Source: Trichoplax adhaerens
Taxonomy: Eukaryota > Animalia > Placozoa
Reading direction: 5' to 3'
Length of the DNA: 64,000 bases
Assembly: GCF_000150275.1 (NCBI RefSeq)
Contig: NW_002060944.1
Coordinates: forward strand, 6,547,102-6,611,101
The notes beneath the pieces were generated by a model that did not search any database, was not told the origin of the DNA, and saw only the letters and a list, made by a program, of their open reading frames with translations. Positions 58,522 through 64,000 of this stretch are shown here, piece by piece (position 1 is the first letter of the stretch; every line of letters begins with the position of its first letter). The translations under genes were made by a program, and so were the position numbers.

Positions 58522-59706
58522 CATATCTTTCTACCAATGATGGAATTAGCCTGTTGTGAGCTTTCATCGCTTACAATTCGTGGATATTTTGTGAATTTGA
58601 AACGATTCAGTTAATGCTTGACCACACACACTGATTCATTTGGATCAATTATTGATCATGAATGAAATTATTTCTCAATCTCCTTGAAGGATAAGATGAA
58701 GGAGGAAAGAGAACAATTTTACGATTATAACAAGCCATTCCATATCTTCTTGGCATTTTTTTCCCCCTCTATAGCTCCATACTCCATTTTCCCATGTTAT
58801 GTCAATATTGAATTATTACCCAGGACAAAGTGCCTGAATAGTTCTGTAGGGAATATTCGGAAACAAGTCAAAGTGTGCATACAAATCCACTATAGTCTAT
58901 CCAAATGGGTGGACCGTATGAAGAGAGTTCATTGTCGTCCACTTCTCAGTTCCGTCCGATATAACGATGATATAGCGCATACCAATGAAAATTGCCATAC
59001 AAATTCATTAGAATTGAATCCCAATCGACGTACAGTATGAGAGTACCATCAACACTCGATTTGCGATTAGGAACAACGAACAGACTGTTATGTAGCGCAT
59101 GCTAGTGATACTGTCCATACAAATTCAGTAAAGTAGATCGAAATTGATATATTGTATAAGCAGTTTATAGAACTACGATGTTATAGCGATGTCGAAAGAA
59201 TGAAAAACTGACTCTTCATTAAACTTGATCGTAAATAAAATCTAGCGAAATTGGACATAAGGTATACACAACACTGTTCTCTCCAGGACTGTTAAATTTT
59301 GATTTCAACTGAGCTAAAACGAAGGTAATTCTATCCAACTTGGTTACTGTGCAAAATAATTGTCATACAAAGAGTGGTAGCTTTCTTCAGTATTAGACAC
59401 TCTATTTGGACAGAAAAGAAGACAATAATAGGACACTAATTTTACACAGTCTTATCCACTCATTCATACTTTGCCAAGTACTCGCAGACTAAGCTCATAG
59501 ATAGTATACTGTATCAAATAGCTCTGCCAGGCTATACTGTACTATCAGAATATAAGCACATACTCCTATAGGTAAAAGTGAGACGGAGTATTTATCACTT
59601 GCTTAAAAGAAGTATCTAGGCAACTGCCAGCCATTTATTCTCATGATGGAAATGGAACTAAATTAGTCAATTTGCTCAAGGTGCAACCTATTGGACCACG
59701 ATAATC

Positions 59707-62103
59707 ATGTTTACAAATGCAAAACGAATTGAAGAAAAAACTGGCCGATTTGGCCGAGGTAGATTCGAATACTTACAAGCTCTTGTGACTGAATTTCAAG
59801 ATACACATAAAGATGGTATGTGAAAATAGTCGTATACAAGCGAACAAATTATAAGTATACAATTCGTCTAGGAAATCTTCTCTAGCTAATGCTTTTGAAA
59901 GTATTGATAAAAGTAAATTGCATAGAACTGGTCGTATTGGATGATTTGATTGGACAGTTTTTATCAATTAAAATGAAAAATCACAACATAGAAGCTATCC
60001 AATTGTTTTCAACGTCTCTGCTGCAATAGAAGCTCTAGGCAACTTTCCTTCTCTTGCTATTATTTTGGAAGTAATTGTACAATAGTTTTAGTAAAACTCC
60101 TCGTATTGGATCATTCGATAAAATAGATTCTATTAATGAACGAAGAATTGTAATATAGATGCTATCTAATGTTTTTAAAACACCTTCTCTATTGTGAAAT
60201 AACCTCTATGAAACTTCTATAGCTGATACACTTAAAGTGGGTTGCAAAGTAATTATAATACAACTCATCGTAGTGGATAGTTGGATAGAATAGATTCTAG
60301 TAATCACAGAAGAATCGTAATAGAGAAACTATGGAATGCTTTCGTCTTCTCTACTGCAAAGAAAAAGCTCTATAGAACCTCTATAGCCGATATGTTGAAA
60401 GTGGTTGCAAAATAATCTTAATATAACTCATCGTATTGGATAATTCGATAGAGTAGATTCTACTAATATAATTAAAGAAAAATCGTAATATAAAAGCTAT
60501 CTAATTTATTTGATCTCTCTGTCTAATGCTTGTTCAAGCATTTGCAAAACAACTTTAAAGGAACTTCTCCTATCGGATAGTTTCAAATCGAATATTGTCC
60601 ATTAATTTGATGAAGGGTCGTAATGATGACATTATTTTACTTTGTTTATGATTAATATAGAATCCAGGGAACAAATCCTAGCTAACCTAGCTAATTTTGC
60701 ATATGATCCAATCAATTATGACTACTTAAGGCAACTCAATGTAACTGATTTATTTATAGGTAAGTACTGAAGTACGCAATAGCGACTACTTTACATGTTC
60801 CTACGTATATGGAGCTATAAATATAACATCTCCTTTACGGTCATAATACATCATCATTTGACTATTCAGATCGAAAACCTGCTCAACGTGTTGATAATGT
60901 AATTACAATATTTACTTACGTATGAATGTATGGTGGACGTAATTTAGAAATTACATTTAAAATTTGTAGCTCTTGTAAATGTACTTCCTATCTTGTTAAT
61001 ATTTGACCTTAACTCTATCATACTGAATGTCGTAAGTCCTGTAAACCATTCACTATCTAAGCATCAGTTATGTATATGCTACTATATACTTGAATAGCTG
61101 GTTGCGAAATACCTATGTAGAATGCATGTATCCTTACAAACGAGATAACTACCCTGCTAATTATCATTTTTCTCTTGATTAATTCAGACATGCTAACAGA
61201 ATCGAATGACAAACTTATTCAATTTGGTATTGGCGGACTTTGTAATCTTTGCTTAGGTAACGTTAAATCTTTAATACCCAAGACTTGTTGATAAAATTTG
61301 AAGTACTTGCAAGTCTTATGCATTTACATTACCAGATGGTAGATATCGAAATAATCTCAGATGTAGACTTGTTATCCATAATCTAATAAATTAGTAAATT
61401 CTTGGATAATCTCCTGGTTACAGCCGCTGAAGCTGTTCTATTGTAACTAAATTGTAAATGTAATACTGAATATGCTTATACTTTGATCAGATAAAGAAAA
61501 TCGCGATATTATAATAGCCAACGATGGACTATCCTTAATAACTAATTGCTTATCAAGGTAAAGTAAACTAAACCTATACTATATATATCGTCAACAGACG
61601 TAGTTCTACTGTAATACTACAATTCCGTCTTGAATCCTGTCTATTTTTATTTCTAGTGAAAACGAAGAAACAGTTATCAATGCAATTTCAACTTTATATT
61701 ATCTAGTATGTCCAGAAACCAAGAGCAGTAAGTCTATTGAAACCGTAGGTGATAATACTTATGGTATCCTTTTCATATCAAATAGATAGAGCACTTAAGC
61801 ACTAAATTGATCACTCAGTATTAGCTAATTATTGCAATTTATATTTCACTTTTATCGGTATAAAGAAATAGTAATAGAATCTATTATAGGATATATGGAG
61901 AGTTATGCTTCATCGAGTAATCCTCGAATTGCAAATCTAGCCCAGATATTTCTACAGGTACATGTATGCAAAATATGCTAAACTCAAAGTAGAGGTAATT
62001 TTTGATAACATGCATGTAGTGCAAATTGCTCATGTGTATCGCTAAACTTGACGTAAATTTTGTACTCGGACAGGACCATTGCAATAAAACTTCTTCAAGA
62101 TAG
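59707..62103 (+). CDS. ARMC7: Armadillo repeat-containing protein 7 (~178 aa); 7 exons: 59707-59815, 60661-60759, 61188-61256, 61491-61557, 61657-61727, 61866-61957, 62074-62103
   Basis: [76 protein letters not shown]...[18 protein letters not shown]...[16 protein letters not shown]; GT-AG junctions in phase. Absent from the ORF track because the exons are short. Confidence 0.94.
59920..60570. repeat. Degenerate ~165 bp tandem repeat (3-4 copies) in ARMC7 intron 1
   Basis: ACT..TCGTA.TGGAT..TT.GAT...TAGATTCTA.TAAT at ~59928 (diverged), ~60096, ~60263, ~60426. Confidence 0.8.
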
Positions 62104-62881
62104 CAAAAATCTCAGTAAATCAGAGTTTTCGGAAGGCAATATTTTGGTATACGAGTATATATGTACTTTATTGTTTTATTATTGTTAAGATTAACATAAA
62201 TCTCTGAACAACTATCCGATAATGATAAATTCGATTTAATAATATCGCTGTAATATAAACATTGACATTTTCTTTGGAGCATTCTAATATAGCAATTTAA
62301 AATAAGCTTTCATCTGTGTACAGTATTTCAAAGAAATCTTCAAAAATACTTTAACGATTTTGTTATCTCGAAACTTAACTAAATTTACTATAATCGATAC
62401 TCTATTCTGAGTAGCGTTACGTTGATATACTGTCTATTTAATTCGATATTTAAATAAATATAAACCTTATCATATAGTATAATATGCCTAAATTCTACGT
62501 AAATTTGTCTAGAATTTCATTTTATATGTATTTCAAGCAATCCAACGATTGCATCATTGTACAAGCTGTTTTAATAACATTGTACAGACATATCGTGTCA
62601 AATATATAACCGGCCAGCAAAATATAGGCCTTTGGTTAATGCCTACCAATATTCATATTTGTATATTAAAACAGCCGTAGTAGTCATGTATGGTTGACAT
62701 CAAGTAGCTACATGACGTCGTCCTTTATCGTGTAAACTGTATACTAATCTTCAAATTTTTTACTTACTGCATATTTGTTTCCTTGAATAATGTTGCTCAT
62801 ATGTTATGAGCGTATAAGAAAAAAATAATTAAATTCAGATTTAGTTTAGCAAAGCGTAAAGAAAATGAGGTAACCAAGAAT

Positions 62882-63991
62882 TTACAAATCCCAGCTAAAA
62901 AGGTGATGTTTTAACAACATATCGCAGAGATTCTGTTTCATTGGAACATTAGTCTAGAATAAAGAAGAATATGCTAAGGAACAGTGATAAAAGAGTGGTA
63001 CAGTATTTCCATTAACTGATTAAGGTCAAAAAGTTAGGTGTACATAACAATTAATATTTACATCTTTCGAAACTTCGTAATCTGCGGATAAGTTGAAAGA
63101 GAAATTCGATAAAACTCTACAAAACAAGATGAAACTTTGTTAAAAAGATTACGTCATAGAATAAAACAAATAGCTTCCTTAGATTTAGTAATACTGTTTG
63201 GAACAAAATTGACGTACCTTAATTCACACTTAATTTGTATCCATCCAGGACTACGTAGAAATGATGCGGCTTCGTACCTTTGTCGTGATAATACAACAGC
63301 AAGTAATAGATGAATATTATTTATTGTAATATTCTATAGATTATGCTAGTAAAGTAATATTTTTGTATACCATTTCGCTACTACTTCTTCACAAGAACAA
63401 AGAATTTCTAGCCATAGATGCAAAACTTGCTCGCTACATTCAAATTATTATATTAAAATTAGCTGACATATTTTACGGAAATGAACAGTAAAGTAATATC
63501 AAACATTTCTTACTTTAGTCCGATGCAGATGAGAGATCGAAACTAAGATTTGTCCCCAAAAATAAACAAATTATAATCACTCAACATTGTAAGGAACTTT
63601 TATATTGTCCTATAATGATATACGTAATATCCACATCTAGTAGTACTACAGTAGACGATACCTTCATATCCATACTCGCGTGCAATTGATCGTGTGTTAT
63701 ATTTACGGAATGTACAGCCTATAAAGCATGAAATTGACATAATATCAACAAATATTGAATCTATCATGTGTATTTCTAATAACAACTAGAGAATTACAGT
63801 AAAATAGTCGAATCTTTATTTAAAAATTCTTGAAACATGATGTGCGTGATATGAATAACTTCTCACAATGACTCCTCGAATAGATTGCAAGAATGAAGAA
63901 AGTTAATGTTTCTATTAAATGTAATAATTCGGAACTATTTACCCGGTATAATATCTCTTCAGGAGTTAATACTCTGCCGTCTTCATCTAGC
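62882..63991 (-). CDS. SGSM3: Small G protein signalling modulator 3 (RUTBC3), C-terminal RUN domain; partial, last 7 exons: 63943-63991, 63662-63718, 63514-63542, 63371-63433, 63218-63277, 63062-63116, 62882-62953
   Basis: LDEDGRVLTPEEILYR|AVHSVNITHDQLHASMDMK|FRSLICIGLN|EQVLHLWLEILCSCEEVVAKW|YEAASFLRSPGWIQIKCELR|VLSNFSFNLSADYEVSKD|TNVPMKQNLCDMLLKHHLFSWDL*, matching the SGSM3 C-terminus. The gene continues beyond the window. Confidence 0.93.
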
Positions 63992-64000
63992 CTGAATAAT

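Noticed and set aside
59612-59624. X-box-like GTATCTAGGCAAC upstream of ARMC7
   Set aside because: Only one good half-site; a similar CTAGGCAAC lies in intron 1, and ARMC7 is not a known ciliary gene.

Overview
AT-rich eukaryotic (animal) genomic DNA with short GT-AG introns; no prokaryotic features. Composition, gene content and the 42-aa 'LSILDHNHPDVAKSY' TPR family suggest a placozoan such as Trichoplax (inference). The first ~17 kb has no coding sequence I can recognise, only degenerate tandem duplications. Eight loci then alternate strand: NDUFAB1 (+), a ~20-exon FAM227/FWWh gene (-), PGS1 (+), an outer-arm beta-type axonemal dynein heavy chain of the DNAH9/11/17 class (-), a decayed intronless TPR gene (+), an MTG/ETO/nervy co-repressor (-), ARMC7 (+) and the 3' end of SGSM3 (-). 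The ORF track misses ARMC7, SGSM3 and most of FAM227. Highlights: (1) the dynein has 14 introns in its first 845 codons, then one uninterrupted 10,860-nt exon, as expected from cDNA-mediated 3' intron loss; (2) PGS1 and the dynein are tail-to-tail like human PGS1-DNAH17; (3) two U12-type 5' splice-site motifs lie in introns of the minor-spliceosome gene ARMC7; (4) RFX X-boxes mark the dynein and FAM227; (5) ACAGTAC/GTACTGT clusters mark housekeeping promoters; (6) a perfect 20-bp hairpin at 58.5 kb. Exon boundaries were read by eye and homologies recalled, not computed.
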